From Heteronotia binoei (Eukaryota), in NCBI RefSeq assembly GCF_032191835.1, contig NC_083232.1, forward strand, positions 34,596,001 through 34,660,000: 64,000 nt of DNA. The letters are read 5' to 3'. A program made the position numbers and the translations under genes. A model generated the notes under the pieces. That model saw nothing but the letters and a program-made list of their open reading frames with translations. It made no database searches and was not told where the DNA came from. Positions 25,191 through 36,829 of this stretch are shown piece by piece; within the stretch, counting starts at the first letter, position 1; each line of letters begins with the position of its first letter.

Positions 25191-26157
25191 TTTAAATCCC
25201 CACCTTCCAAAACAAGATCTTCAAGGCAGCTCACAAAAGTAAAACGCAGTATCATATGTGGTGTGTTAATAAAGTTACAGCTTGTTAATTCTGCCAGTTC
25301 AATTTGCCAGCTCTCTTTTTTCTCTCACCCCCCCCCCCACACACACACACACTTCCACTGCAGGGACAAATATCCAAGGAGCAGGGTCTCTGTTTCTCCT
25401 CGTCTGTTTTCTATGTTCTTCAGTTTGAAATGCAATCTGTCTGCTGGCTCTCTTGCTTTGAAAAGTGAGAACATGGAGGATAGTCTTGTGATAGTTATGT
25501 TTATAATTCTTCCCTGCCTTGTGCTGAATTGTCATAAAGATGAGAACCACATGTTCTGTGCATCGTGTGTAGGAAACATAAGTCTAGTAGCCGGACTAGG
25601 GTTGTAAGGAAAACAAGCTCAATCTGTAGCATTTCCAGCAGGCAGAGCAGAGAGCATCTCATCTATCTTTTGTTCTCACATCCTTAGCAAACAGGGAAGT
25701 ATGCAGGCCTCTTGTGATTCAAGGAAGAAACCAAAAAATGCCACTTGTGTCTCATGTGGTTATTCTCTCATGGCTAGAACCTGTGGCCCAATTTCTAGAG
25801 TGTGTCCTGGTGGGATCTGGCACGGGTTCCGTGTCTCATTTAAACCCAAGCGAAGCAGCTACCTGTGTTTTGCACTCCAAGATCCATAGCCCTGGCAGAC
25901 ACCATGCTGGTTCGCTGACTGACCACTTGGAGCTGCTTTGCATGGATTGCAGCACAACTGAAGCAAGACTCATGACCTGTGTAAAGTCACAACGGGGAGG
26001 TCTCTTCCTCACTAACCTCCTGCCTCAATCATCTGTTAGATGGTGGCCAGCAGGAGACCTAAACATGGCAGCTTTCCCTCAGCTGAGCTGCCCCTTGAAG
26101 CAAAGCATTGCAAGATAAATTGGTAACTGGTCAAACCATCACTGTGGAGGTGTGGGG

Positions 26158-26603
26158 TAGAGATGCCAGCCTCCAGGTGGGACTTGGGGATCTCCCAGAA
26201 TTACATTTGATCTCCAGACTACAGAGATCAGTTCCCCTGGATAAAATGAATGCTTTGGAGGGTGGACTCTATGGGGTGGCACTTACTGAGGTTCCTGTGC
26301 TCCCCAGGCTCCATCCCCAAATCTCCAGGAGTTTCCCAATCGGGAGCTGGCAATCCTACTCCTCCCACCCTCTGCCAGTGGCCAGTAGGGTTGTCAGGTC
26401 TGTGTTGGACAATACATGGAGACTTTGGGGGTGGATCCAGGAGAGGGTGGAGTTTGAAGTGGGGAGGGGCCTCAGCATGGTACAATGGCATAGATTCCAC
26501 CCTTCCAAGCAGCCATTTCCTCCAGGGGAGCTGATCTCTGCCAGCTGGAGATCAATGGTAAAAGTAGGAGATCTCCAGGCCCCACCAGGAGGCTGGCAAC
26601 TCT
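26158..26603. mobile_element. Two oppositely oriented copies of a common about 200-bp tagggttgcc-type element
   Basis: Unit 1 at 26158-26384 (+) and unit 2 at 26385-26603 (-). Other copies near 9373, 19590, 28645, 34785, 35640, 47127 and 52680. Confidence 0.7.
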
Positions 26604-27901
26604 AGGCCAGGGGCCTGGCAACCCTCTTGGGGAGAGTGGCTTTTTTTCCATTTGTGAACTTGACCCAAGTAACAGGAGAAAAGTCTGTTGACTGTGGATT
26701 CAGTATTCTTCCCCCTCCCCAAAGTGTTTACTGCAAAATCCGGTCTGAAGTAGCCGATTCATATGCTAATACAGAACAAGGAGCTTTCTGCCTTGAGATG
26801 TTCCTGATGTGCTTTTAGTTCATTGTATCTGCTCCTAAGAAGCAAAGACTCGTTGTAGCGCAGAATTAACTTCAGGAAGTGGCCAGTGTGGTCGCAGGAT
26901 GTGTATTCACAAGGGCATCAAAGGCCCAAGCAAGCCCTAAATGTTAGCTACACTTTTAAAATAAAATTAGAATTCTTCATAATGAAAAGTGGAATCCTGC
27001 AACTTACGTACATTAGCTGTAGCTGGCACATCTGTCGCTATTTGCTTATGTAATGCCCCTTTTGCCAACCAGGGAGAAGGGCAGAGCCTTACGCAGGGCA
27101 CTCAGCTCCTGCTCTCTGATCATTGGAAATCCTACTTAAGCTCCTTCCAATAGCCAGCTTTTGGCAAGATTCCGGAAAGGTTTTTGACCAAAACCAGTTG
27201 CAGCTTGCTTTAAAGGAGAGAGAGAGAGAGATGAGATGAGATTAAGGAAGCTCAAACACTTTCGCTTGCATCCTGTCATGATCTGGTTTTGGATGTATTG
27301 CTGATCAGCCCATTCATGGTTGTTGTTTGGCAGTTCCACCTGTTTCTTCCTAGCAGAACAGAGCCTCCTGCTTTCCACACATGAAGCCCGAGGGAGTTCT
27401 GTTTCTCCCATCCTTGCTGCCTGGCTGCTGCTGCGGCTGTGCTCAGCAGGCTATTATTTAAATAGACAGTTCAATCAGTCCCAAATTATATGCATCACTC
27501 ATAACATCTAACTAGTCAGAGTTCGTCTTAAGCAGTTCTTAAGGACAGTAATGGTTGCAGATCTGTTTGGACTGGCTGTGTTTTCACACATGTGCAGTTT
27601 GGTAAAACCCTGATGCAAACCTGTTCAGCAGGCTTTACAGTGTTTTGGGCTGAACTGAAAAGACACAGCGATTAGCTCGTGTCTGAAGGCCACCGCTAGA
27701 AACAGCGTGATCAGCTGTCAAACATGTTCACTGCAAAATTCATGTCATCCCCAGCTGAGGGCCAGATGGCATGTTTCTTTTTCACATAAGTCACGTACAA
27801 GTTCCTCAGACCTGACTCGCTTTCTCTGCAGTCACACAGGAGCTATAGGGACTGGGAACAGCATTTGAAAGGCCCACAAGGGGACCAACCAGCTTGGGAC
27901 T

Positions 27902-28165
27902 GCCAGTTTGGGGTAGTGGTTAAGAGTTCAGACTCTAATTTGGGAGAACCAAGTTTGATTCCCCTCTCGTCCATGTGCAGCTGCTGGGTGACCGTGAGCA
28001 AACCACAGTTCTCTCAGAGATGTTATCTCAAAAACAGTTTCTGTCAGAGCTCTCTCAGCTCCACCTACCTCACAGGATGTCTGTTGTGGGGAGGGGAAGG
28101 GAAAGGAGATTGTAAGCCACTTTGTGACTCCAAGTGAAGGGTGGGATATAAATCCAGTCTCCTCC
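27902..28165 (+). mobile_element. tRNA-derived SINE (Squam3-type, long gecko form)
   Basis: Head gccagtttggggtagtggttaag, core ctctcagctccacctacctcacagg, tail gggatataaatcc. Confidence 0.85.
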
Positions 28166-28186
28166 TCCTCCCCTCCCCAACCCCTT

Positions 28187-28310
28187 CATAAGAACATAAG
28201 AGAAGCCAAGTTGGATCAGGCCAGTGGCCCATCTAGTCCAACACTCTGTGTCACACAGTGGCCAAAAAACCCAGGCACCATCAGGAGGTCCATCAGTGGT
28301 CTGTTTTATC
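28187..28310 (-). mobile_element. CR1 3' UTR fragment
   Basis: cataagaacataagagaagcc... The reverse copy is at 40420-40575. Confidence 0.7.
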
Positions 28311-28339
28311 CCAGGAAAATGGTGCAGAGGAGTCAGGAC

Positions 28340-28555
28340 TAGTGTTCCCTCTAAGCTGAGTTAGCGTAAGCTAGCTCACGGATTTCTAGCCTCCAGCTCG
28401 CACATCTTTGTCTTAGCTCAGGAAGGATGACCCCAGAACACACTAATTTACACAGTAGCTCACAACTTTCATGCCAACAGCTCACAACTTTCATGCCAGT
28501 AGCTCTCAAAGTAGAATTTTTGCTCACAAGACTCTGCAGCTGAGAGGGAACATTG
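28340..28555. mobile_element. hAT MITE (agtgttccctctaagctg TIR family)
   Basis: TIRs present. TSD gtcaggac/gtcaagac (7/8). A sister copy is at 59159-59355. Confidence 0.85.
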
Positions 28556-29350
28556 GTCAAGACCCCCTCCTCTGCCCATGCCTTGGTCACAAACCGAATC
28601 AGGCTGCAGCAGACCTTTGAAATGTCATTTCCTTAGCACAGGATTGCCAACCTCCAGGCAAAGGCTGGAGACCACCAGGAATTAAAGCTGAACTCCAGAT
28701 GGTAGGGATCAGTTCCCCTGCAGAAAAGGGCAGCTTTGGAGGGTGGACGATATGGCTTTATTCCCTATTGAGGTTCTTCCCCTTCCCAAGCCTGCCCTTC
28801 TCCAGGCCCTACCTCCAAATTCCCTGCTATTTTCCAAGTGGAAATTGTCAGCCCTACCTAACTGCTGTATGTATAGCTGCAGGAAAAGACAGTTGGGCCA
28901 AGCAACATGATATGGCCAGCACATGCCAGGTCACACAGTCACATGACCAGACTCACAGACAGTCAAATGTTGGGGGTGCTCGCTTTAAAAAGTGTTCATG
29001 TCCTTCTAAGCACATGTGGACCTGGAAAACAGGGGTGAAAAGCCTCCCGCCTCCCTTTCCACCAGCAAAAGGGGGGGATGGAAACAGGAAGCTCCTTCCC
29101 CCCCCCAGCAGCACTCCCTCACAGCTCTGCACAAAGGAGTGCTTTTTAAGTCAAGTTCCCCCCATGCGCATCTGCCCACATGTATAGTTGTGAACCTGTG
29201 GCCCAGCATGTGTTGGATAGATCTTGTAGTTACAGCCTCACACCCAGCTTGTTACAAAGCAGGTGTCCTTTGGTCTTGAGGCCCACAGTATGCCAAATTC
29301 TGTGACAAGCACACATTTCTGTGTTCATATAGCATAATTGTGGAACTACA

Positions 29351-29869
29351 TGTCAAACTCAGATCTGAGCTTGATCTTAAAAACAAACACCCACCCCTTC
29401 CATCATGGAGCTCTGGGCAATATGCAATGAGGCCTAGGAGACCCCGTCCCACCAATCCAGGCATTTAGCAAACACAGACCTGCTCCATTTCAGATGAACT
29501 CAATTTCTATTATATAGTGAGTTCAGCCAGCTTGAGGTAAGCCAGAATGTTTATTGAACAAGAGCAGAACTGAACACGAACAGGCAACACCACTCATATA
29601 CATTTGGTCTGAGTTAAACACGCCCCCTTATATGGGCAGCAATCCACCCTATTGGTCTCTCCAGGATTCCTCATTTGCATTTCCTGTCAGAAATGCCTCG
29701 CATCCCAATTGGTTGGTTCTAAAAGAACAGCCAATCAGAATGTAGGCATTAGGGTCCTGGAGGGCAATGAAGTATGCTTCAAGGTCAACTAACACACATA
29801 ACAAACCAGCAGTCAAAACAACCAATACACAGCTCCATTCACAAATTCAGAACTTGTTATCTCAGTACA
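29351..29869 (-). mobile_element. Probable solo LTR
   Basis: On the minus strand: tgt start, CCAAT boxes, TATA-like atataag near 29630, AATAAA at 29550-29555. No TSD found, so the left boundary is uncertain. Confidence 0.5.
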
Positions 29870-29999
29870 AAAACCCATTTTCTGCCCCTAAGCTCCCCCC
29901 CCCCCCAATTTAATCAAGCTATTTGCATTTTGCATTGTGCCCCTGCATCCAGACCTCTTTCTTTGCAACAGGCCTCCCACCTTCGGACTGGGATAGAAG

Positions 30000-30150
30000 G
30001 ACTCAGGGATCTACACTTCTGCTTGCAAACGATGAAGGGAGCTGTGACTCTCAAAAGCTGCTGTCCCCAAAAACTTCTTGGTCTCTAAGCTGTTGCTGGA
30101 CTTGAGTCTAGCTCTTCTACAGCAGACCAGCATAGCTACCCTCTGAAACT
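30000..30150 (+). mobile_element. Penelope-like terminal fragment
   Basis: gatgaagggagctgtgactctcaaaagct...cttggtctctaag...ctggacttgagtctag. Similar pieces at about 20640-20760 and 59400-59480. Confidence 0.55.
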
Positions 30151-30152
30151 AT

Positions 30153-30322
30153 CAGGGCTGGCTCTAGACTGTCTGGCACCCTAGGCAAGGCTAATATTTC
30201 CCCCCCACACACACACACACTGATAATGGCATCAAGTCACATGGGGGGTGCCCAGTTCTGTGCCCCAGAAGGCCAGTGCCCTAGGCAATTGCCTAGTTTG
30301 CCTAATGGCAGGGCCAGCCCTG
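30153..30322. mobile_element. hAT MITE
   Basis: TIRs cagggctggc/gccagccctg. Perfect 8-bp TSD gaaactat. Confidence 0.9.
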
Positions 30323-31665
30323 GAAACTATCATCAATGAAGTTGTCAGTAGTGCGGATACATAATCTCTTATGCCCCCAGATGGCAATGTATATGCCATA
30401 TATGAAGCTACAGCCTGATTTTAAGCCCTCCCACCCTGGAACTTATGATCCAGGATCCTGCACTCCCCCACCCCGCAATGGCCATGAACCACTGAAAGTT
30501 GGTGGTGGTAATAACAGGTATATTGCCTTATTGAAAAACTGAAATATCACAGAAATGTTATATATACCACATGGATGGTGTCTACGGATATTCCTCCTTC
30601 ACACTGCCACAGGTCTCAAATTGCTTCTTTTCAGACGTAAGGCAGCTGGTATCTGATTTTACCCACAAGCATTCATTTTGCAAGACAGGCTTGAGCAAAC
30701 AGTGGGTTCTCAGTGTAACATACCTCTCAGGGTTGTTGTGAGGTTAAAACACCACTCTGAGCCTCATAAACCAATGGCAGTTCACAACCGTAACACATAA
30801 ATAAGCAAGTCTCCAGAAGATATAAGGAATCTCTTGACCCAAATGTGTCTGGTTCAAAGAAACAACAGTTGTGTAGCGAGGGTAAAGTTTAATTTCAGCT
30901 TTTACTGACCATTCCCCTGCTTTTTCCTCTTTTAGTCTCCCTTCCTGAGATATCTAAAGATTTCATACACATACACACACGTGATGACAAGACAATATGC
31001 TTGACTTCAGATATAGGTCAACTCAGCTCACTCAAGGTACACACCAGACACCTACTACCGAAACATCCTGACCTTTGGTCGAAGTGCACTCAGTCATCTG
31101 CAGCTGTATCATGAGAAATCTTAGGTGTGACTAGGATTGTTGTCTGGCCGTGTGTTTTAAAAACCTCTTTAAACTCCTTTTAGTTGATCTACTTTGTTAA
31201 TATTATTCAGTGGCCCATCACATACATTTCCCAAAAAGAATTAAGCTGCCATCTTAGGTGGAAGGTCACACCTGCAAGCCATCCATCATGAACATGTCAG
31301 ATTGGCAATGCTGCTGCCTGCTTAGCTACTCACGGACCACAGTAGGGTGAGCACTTTAGAAAAGCTCAAAGCTGCTTTCACAAGCAACTCCTTGGTTGGT
31401 TTTCATGTATGGCCTGGGCCTTTCATCTGAATGTAAAGCCTTGGTGAAATGGAAAACCCTTTCAACTAATGAAAGAAAGATGAGCTCACGGTGGCTCTGT
31501 GACGTTGGGGGATTTAGAATCAGTTTCGCCACTGAGTAATTTAAGGAAGATTAGGCAATGTAAATCATGGGCGATAGTGCTGGAGAAGGGGAGTTGCACT
31601 TTCCCTTCCTGTACCATTTCCCTAATGAAGTCTGCCCGCCCCCACTGCTTTTAGTTCCACTAGAG

Positions 31666-32142
31666 TAGCAGTCCCCAACCTTTTTGGCACCAGGAACCGG
31701 TTTTGTGGAAGACAATTTTTGCACAGGGGGTGGGGGATGGTTTTGGGATGATACAATTGTGCACTTTATTTCTATTGGTTTGGTGTGGTGGTTAAGCATG
31801 CGAACTCTTATCTAGGAGAACCATGTTTGATTTCCCACTCCTCTGCTTGCAGCTGCTGAGTCAGCCATAGCTCTCATAGGAGTTGTCCTTGAACGGGCAG
31901 CTTCTGGGGAGAACTCTCTCATCCCCATCCACATCACAGGGTATCTGTTGTGGGAGAAGAAGGTAAAAGAGATTGTGAGCCTCTCTGAGACTCTGAAATT
32001 CGAAGTGGAGGGCAGGATATAAATCCAATGACTTATTATTATTACATTGTAGTTTATAATGAAATAATTATACAACTAATGGCCGGTTGCTAACAGGCCA
32101 CGGACTGGTACTGGTCCACAGTCTGGGGGTGGGGGACCCCTG
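31666..32142 (-). mobile_element. hAT-Charlie MITE of the MER1/OC1 type, interrupted by a SINE
   Basis: gtccccaacctttttggcaccaggaaccggttttgtggaagacaattttt and gtgcactttatttctatt..ttattattacattgta..taatgaaataattatacaact resemble MER1A. TSD cactagag/cactaggg (7/8). Confidence 0.8.
31777..32040 (+). mobile_element. tRNA-derived SINE (Squam3-type) nested in the MER1-like MITE
   Basis: Same head, core and tail as 27902-28165 and 54585-54875. Confidence 0.85.
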
Positions 32143-33244
32143 CACTAGGGGGGGAAAAACCAGGACAAACAAAATGTGGAGAATTAAGCCTCCTCTGCCA
32201 AGTGCCATATCCCCAGTCTATATTGCCATTCCCTTTTGCCGAGGAATCAAACATTCATAGAACCAGTCAAGTGTACCTTGCCCTGTGGCTCTTGTCCCTT
32301 GTAATTATACCTGTGGTGTCCTTTCTGAAAACATTATGGTTACTAGCCATTGCGAGGGAAATGGGGGAACAAGGATGGGATGGGGAGAATGACATCGGTT
32401 CAATGATGTGATGTCACTTCCAGTGAATACTGTCATTGACATGACACTAACACGGCACTCTAGAATTTGGGGGGAAACTCCATGATGGAACTATTTACAC
32501 ACCAGAAGTGATGTCATACTATTGGCATAACTCTGACTTCCCAGGTATTTCTCCACCACCACCACCCTGCCAAGTGACAGTGAGCAATGAAGAGGGCGGT
32601 CAGAAGGTCTCCCAACTTAGTCTCCCTAGAAAACACCCCTTGGAGTTATTACTCTTACTGGTTTTAAAAGTTATTGAAAATATATAACTATATGAACATC
32701 TTTGGCATGTTATTATTTATCCATTCAACCTTTTTTGCTACCCGAAATAAGGTATGGAAATAACTATTCCACAGCAGTAATGGTCAGTTTCCTGTGTCAG
32801 TGTGCCACAAACCAAGTCAAACACCATTTCTACAGACCCCATTAAATTCTGTCCAGGCCCACAAACAGATGATCACATGCTTTGCATAGATCACGTGTAA
32901 TATTTCTGAAATTACACAAAATAGATCTTAGGTAGGAATGACTTTCTGTCCTGGCTTGTTGCTTCCTGAACCACCAAGTCCTGGGGGAAGTGATCATTTC
33001 TTCCTACACTACCCTGCCCCCATCATGCTTGGGCTCAGAGTCAAGTTCAAAGTATTTGTGTTACTCTGTTATGAACCCTAAGACATTTGCAGTCCCCTCA
33101 TGCCTTCGTGTGATAGCCCTTCTTCACCTGATCAAGGAGGAGCATCCACCAGCATAACACCTTTCAAGAACATCCTCTGATCCACCGACCGCACCAAAAA
33201 CTCTTGCTCCCCTTGCAGTCATATGTGGTACCCAAGACACGAGA

Positions 33245-33460
33245 CTCAGTGGGGTGTGGTGGTTAGAGCATCAGACCAGGATCTGGGAGACCAAGGCTCA
33301 GATCCCCATTCTGCCGTGGAAGACTGCTGGGTGACCCTGGGCCAGTCATTCACTCTTTGCCTACCCTACATCATGAGACTGTTGTGAGGATAAAACAGTG
33401 GAGAAGAGAACAGCATAAGCTGCTTTGGGTCCCCACTGAGGAGAAAGGCTTGGGATAAAT
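33245..33460 (+). mobile_element. tRNA-derived SINE (Squam3 short form)
   Basis: gtggggtgtggtggttagagcatcagaccaggatctgggagacc head and MIR-like core. Confidence 0.8.
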
Positions 33461-33470
33461 GAAGTAAACT

Positions 33471-33676
33471 CAGGGCTTTTTTTGTAGAAAAAGCCCAGCA
33501 GGGAACTTATTTGCATATTAGGCCAAACCCCCTGGCATCACCATTGTTTTGCACAGGGCTTTTTGTGGGGAAAGCCCAGCAGGAACTTATTTGCATATTA
33601 GACCATACTCCCTGACACCAAGACAGCCAAAACTGCATTGCTGTGCATTTCTGCTAAAAACAACAAACAAACCCTG
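33471..33676. mobile_element. hAT MITE (octamer-bearing family)
   Basis: TIRs cagggcttttt/aaaccctg. Perfect 8-bp TSD agtaaact. Confidence 0.9.
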
Positions 33677-35271
33677 AGTAAACTGATAAATCATAGGCTC
33701 CAAGGCCTATTTGATCAGTTGAACTGCATTTAAGAAAATCAAAACATTTAGGCCTCAAACCTTATTACCTACAATGTTGGTGGTTCATAATGCGACACAC
33801 CTTCCATCAACTCTAGACATATCTACTAATTTCACTGATTGACCATGTGAGCACTGATGGAATGCACGGATCCTTTGATCCAAGCTCTAGACCCAAGCTT
33901 TTTTGTTCCAACAATGGCTGGCAAATCTCTTGCTTGAATAACTGCTTAAAGAAAAGATACTTGAGCAGAATTTGCCTTGAGCTCCGGTTTGAAGAACACT
34001 ATTGCATGTCCTCAGAACCCGCATGACCATTGCCAAACTAGTCATACAGTGCGCTCTTTTATAAATGCTTTTTCAGCAGACTGAAAAATAAACAAATGTC
34101 AAATATCAAAGAGGGACGCATCAGGAAAGGAAGTGATACCAAGAAAAGGGCATTTGGAAAAAAAACAATCTAATTATGAGATGCAGACAACTGATGCAAC
34201 TTCAACTCTATAAATGACTTCCTAATTCTTCTCCTTAGGATACACTAAATGCAGTCTTGAAATGCAATCCATGTGAAGTTCAGTCTAGCATGCAGGAGAA
34301 ATAGCTGAGATGTACAAAGGAGGTAGAGGGATTTGTTTTTCTGGGGGGCGGGGTCACTTCCCTCTTGGTGATCAAAAGAAGCAAACTGTCAGTCTCATGT
34401 GATTCTTATAGTTGCCTTTGGTTTGCCTTACACTGGCCTCCAGCCCTCAAGACCCAAGAAGATCTATCCCCCTCAGCTAATGACTGGAAACTCCATAGCA
34501 GTTCTTTTAAAACAGATCTTTGTGGGACTTCAGCACATTACATCTATTTAATTAATTTTATTCATTTAGTGAATGTATACTCTACTTTACTTCTATAGCC
34601 TTGTGCAGGGTGGCTTCTGATGACCAAAAAAAGGAATGCAAATATTAAAACCAAATATATCTAAAGCCAGCTACCTTTAAAAAGCAATTATTTAATTGAG
34701 CAGGCAACGGTAACCAAACCATACAACTAAAATAGTAATAAACATTAAAATATATTTTTAAAAATTCTCAAGCGCCCCAAATCTACAAGGCTGCCAACTC
34801 CAGGTTGGGAGATTCCTAGAGATTTGGTGCTGCAGGCTTGCAAAGGGGGGGGGGAGTTCCAAATAGGAGGGACTTAAGTGGGGTATAATACAATACAGTC
34901 CCCTTCCCCCCTCCCCCTCCCAGAGCAACCATCTTCTCCAGGGGTACTAATCAGAAGAGTCTGGGACTTTTCAGTTTAGAAAAGAAACATCCAAGAGGGA
35001 CATTATAGAGGCCAGTCATACACTCTCAGCCTAGCCAACCTCACAGGGTTATTGTGATGATAAAATGGAGGGGAGGAGAATGACATAAGCCTCTTTGGGT
35101 CCCCATTGGGGAGAAAGGTGAGGTAAAAAAAGTATATAATAAAATGCTCAGATCCAGGCATACAGTAAGGATATATAGGTACATAGCACACACCTCATTC
35201 CAATGTCATGGCAAAGGTCTGAGAGGCACAAACCCTCCTATGCCACAATTTTCCTACCTTTGGCTCCCCTT

Positions 35272-35575
35272 AATGGATGGGTGGATGGGTGGATAAGTGG
35301 GTGGATGGATGGATGGGTGGATGGGTGAGTTGGTGGGTGGATGGATGGATGGATGGATGTGTGGGTGGGTGGCTGGGTGAGTGGGTTGGTGGGCGGATGG
35401 ATGGGCGGGTGGGTGGGTGAGTGGGTTGGTGGGCGGATGGATGGGCGGGTGGGTGGGTGAGTGGGTTGGTGGGCGGATGGATGGATGGATGGGTGGGTGG
35501 GTGGGTGAGTGGATGGGTGGGTGGGTTGATGGGTGAGTGGGCGGGTGGGTGGATGGCTGGCTGGGTGGATGGATT
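35272..35575 (+). repeat. (GGAT/GGGT/GGGC)n tetranucleotide microsatellite with an internal 40-bp higher-order repeat
   Basis: Read directly. The unit gggtgagtgggttggtgggcggatggatgggcgggtgggt occurs at 35375 and 35415, and partially at 35455. Confidence 0.95.
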
Positions 35576-36025
35576 TGACATCTGGAGCACTAAGAAGGGT
35601 GTATAGATGGTGCTACTATTTCAATAAAATCACCATAGTGTAATGTAGCAATGCCAGTTTACAGGTGAATCTGGAGAGTCCCTGGAATTACAGCTCATGC
35701 CCAGCCTAGAGCAATCAGTTCATCTTGAGAAATTGGATTCCTTGGAAGGTGGATTTTCTGTCCACCTTGTCCTCCCCAGGCTCCATCCCCAAATCTCCAG
35801 CAGTTTCCCAACCTGGATCTGGAACCTGACCCCCTCATCCCCTGCCTGGTGGCCAGGTGGGACCTGGCAACCCTAGTGTGACATCCTCATAGTTTGCTTG
35901 TGTGGAGGAACGCCATCTTAGTTAATGTTGGTGCTTCGTTGGAAGGTAGGCTTCCCAACCCTCCCGCCCTGGCGGGGGACCCCCGAATTTGAACCCTCTT
36001 CCCCCGCTGTGCAAAAAAACGGAAG

Positions 36026-36475
36026 CGGGGGGAGGGAAGGGGGGAACGGCGCAAAGAGGCGGCAGTTCGCAGTGGCGGCGGCGGCCTGCTCCGCTCCCCT
36101 CCCCTCTGAGGTCAATCAGAGACTCTGATTGACCTCAGAGGGGAGGGGAGCAGAGCAGGCCGCCGCCGCTACTGCAAACTGCCGCCTCTTTGCGCCTTCA
36201 ACTTGCAGGGGAGGGGGCAGGCCAGGACTCGGAGGACTCGCTCACGGCGGCAGTGCGCGGGGGGAGGGAAGGGAGGAACGGCGCAAAGAGGCGGCAGTTC
36301 GCAGCGGCGGCCTGCTCCGCTCCCCTCCCCTCTGAGGTCAATCAGAGTCTCTGATTGACCTCAGAGGGGAGGGGAGCGGAGCAGGCCGCCGCCGCGAGCG
36401 AGTCCTCCGAGTACTGGCCTGCCCCTCCCCTTCTCTGAATCAGGCCAGGACTTGGAGGACTCACTCGCGGCGGTA
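36026..36475. repeat. GC-rich compound direct/inverted repeat containing two palindromes with 1-nt spacers
   Basis: Palindrome 1 at 36048-36196 (centre 36122) and palindrome 2 at about 36299-36397 (centre 36348). 36026-36121 is directly repeated at 36257-36347. Confidence 0.95.
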
Positions 36476-36829
36476 AAGGCAAAATTGGCTTCTGATTGGG
36501 GGGCTCAACAACAGAGCTCAAGAGAGGCAGCAGACTGTTCTGTGCCACTTGCTGCTGGTGATGTGAAGCTTCATGTGCCTGACTGCTACAGGCAGAGACA
36601 TCAAGAGTAGCATGCGGGACCAGGATCAACCAATAAGCTGTGAGCCACGTTACTTCTCTATATCCTGATCACTCACACTCAGTTTTGCCTGGTAGTTCAG
36701 AAGCTCTGCAATTTTTAACAGCAGCTCTGGGAAACCAGCCTTGCACAAACAATGGGGCCAGAAGAAGCACCAAAGAGCCGACCTGCAAGGATGCCAGAAC
36801 TAACCAAACCCTCGCCCTGTAACATTAAG

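Noticed and set aside
25005-25607. 200-aa plus-strand ORF
   Set aside because: Runs through a SINE, an L2-like tail and a (CA)n tract. No homology.
27008-27349. Two exon-like minus-strand segments (27260-27349 and 27008-27058)
   Set aside because: Their open frames have incompatible phases and the peptides are unrecognised.
27902-27975. tRNA genes at SINE heads (also 31777, 33245, 54590, 57760)
   Set aside because: They have A/B-box-like motifs but no full cloverleaf, and continue into SINE bodies.
35270-35606. His/Pro-rich and Gly/Trp-rich ORFs
   Set aside because: Translations of the GGAT/GGGT microsatellite.
36026-36475. CRISPR-like repeat-spacer array
   Set aside because: Vertebrate DNA, no regular unique spacers, no cas genes. 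The repeats are inverted and nested.
35918-36629. Repeated MTSEGRGAEQAAAA ORFs on both strands
   Set aside because: Produced by the palindromic repeat array.
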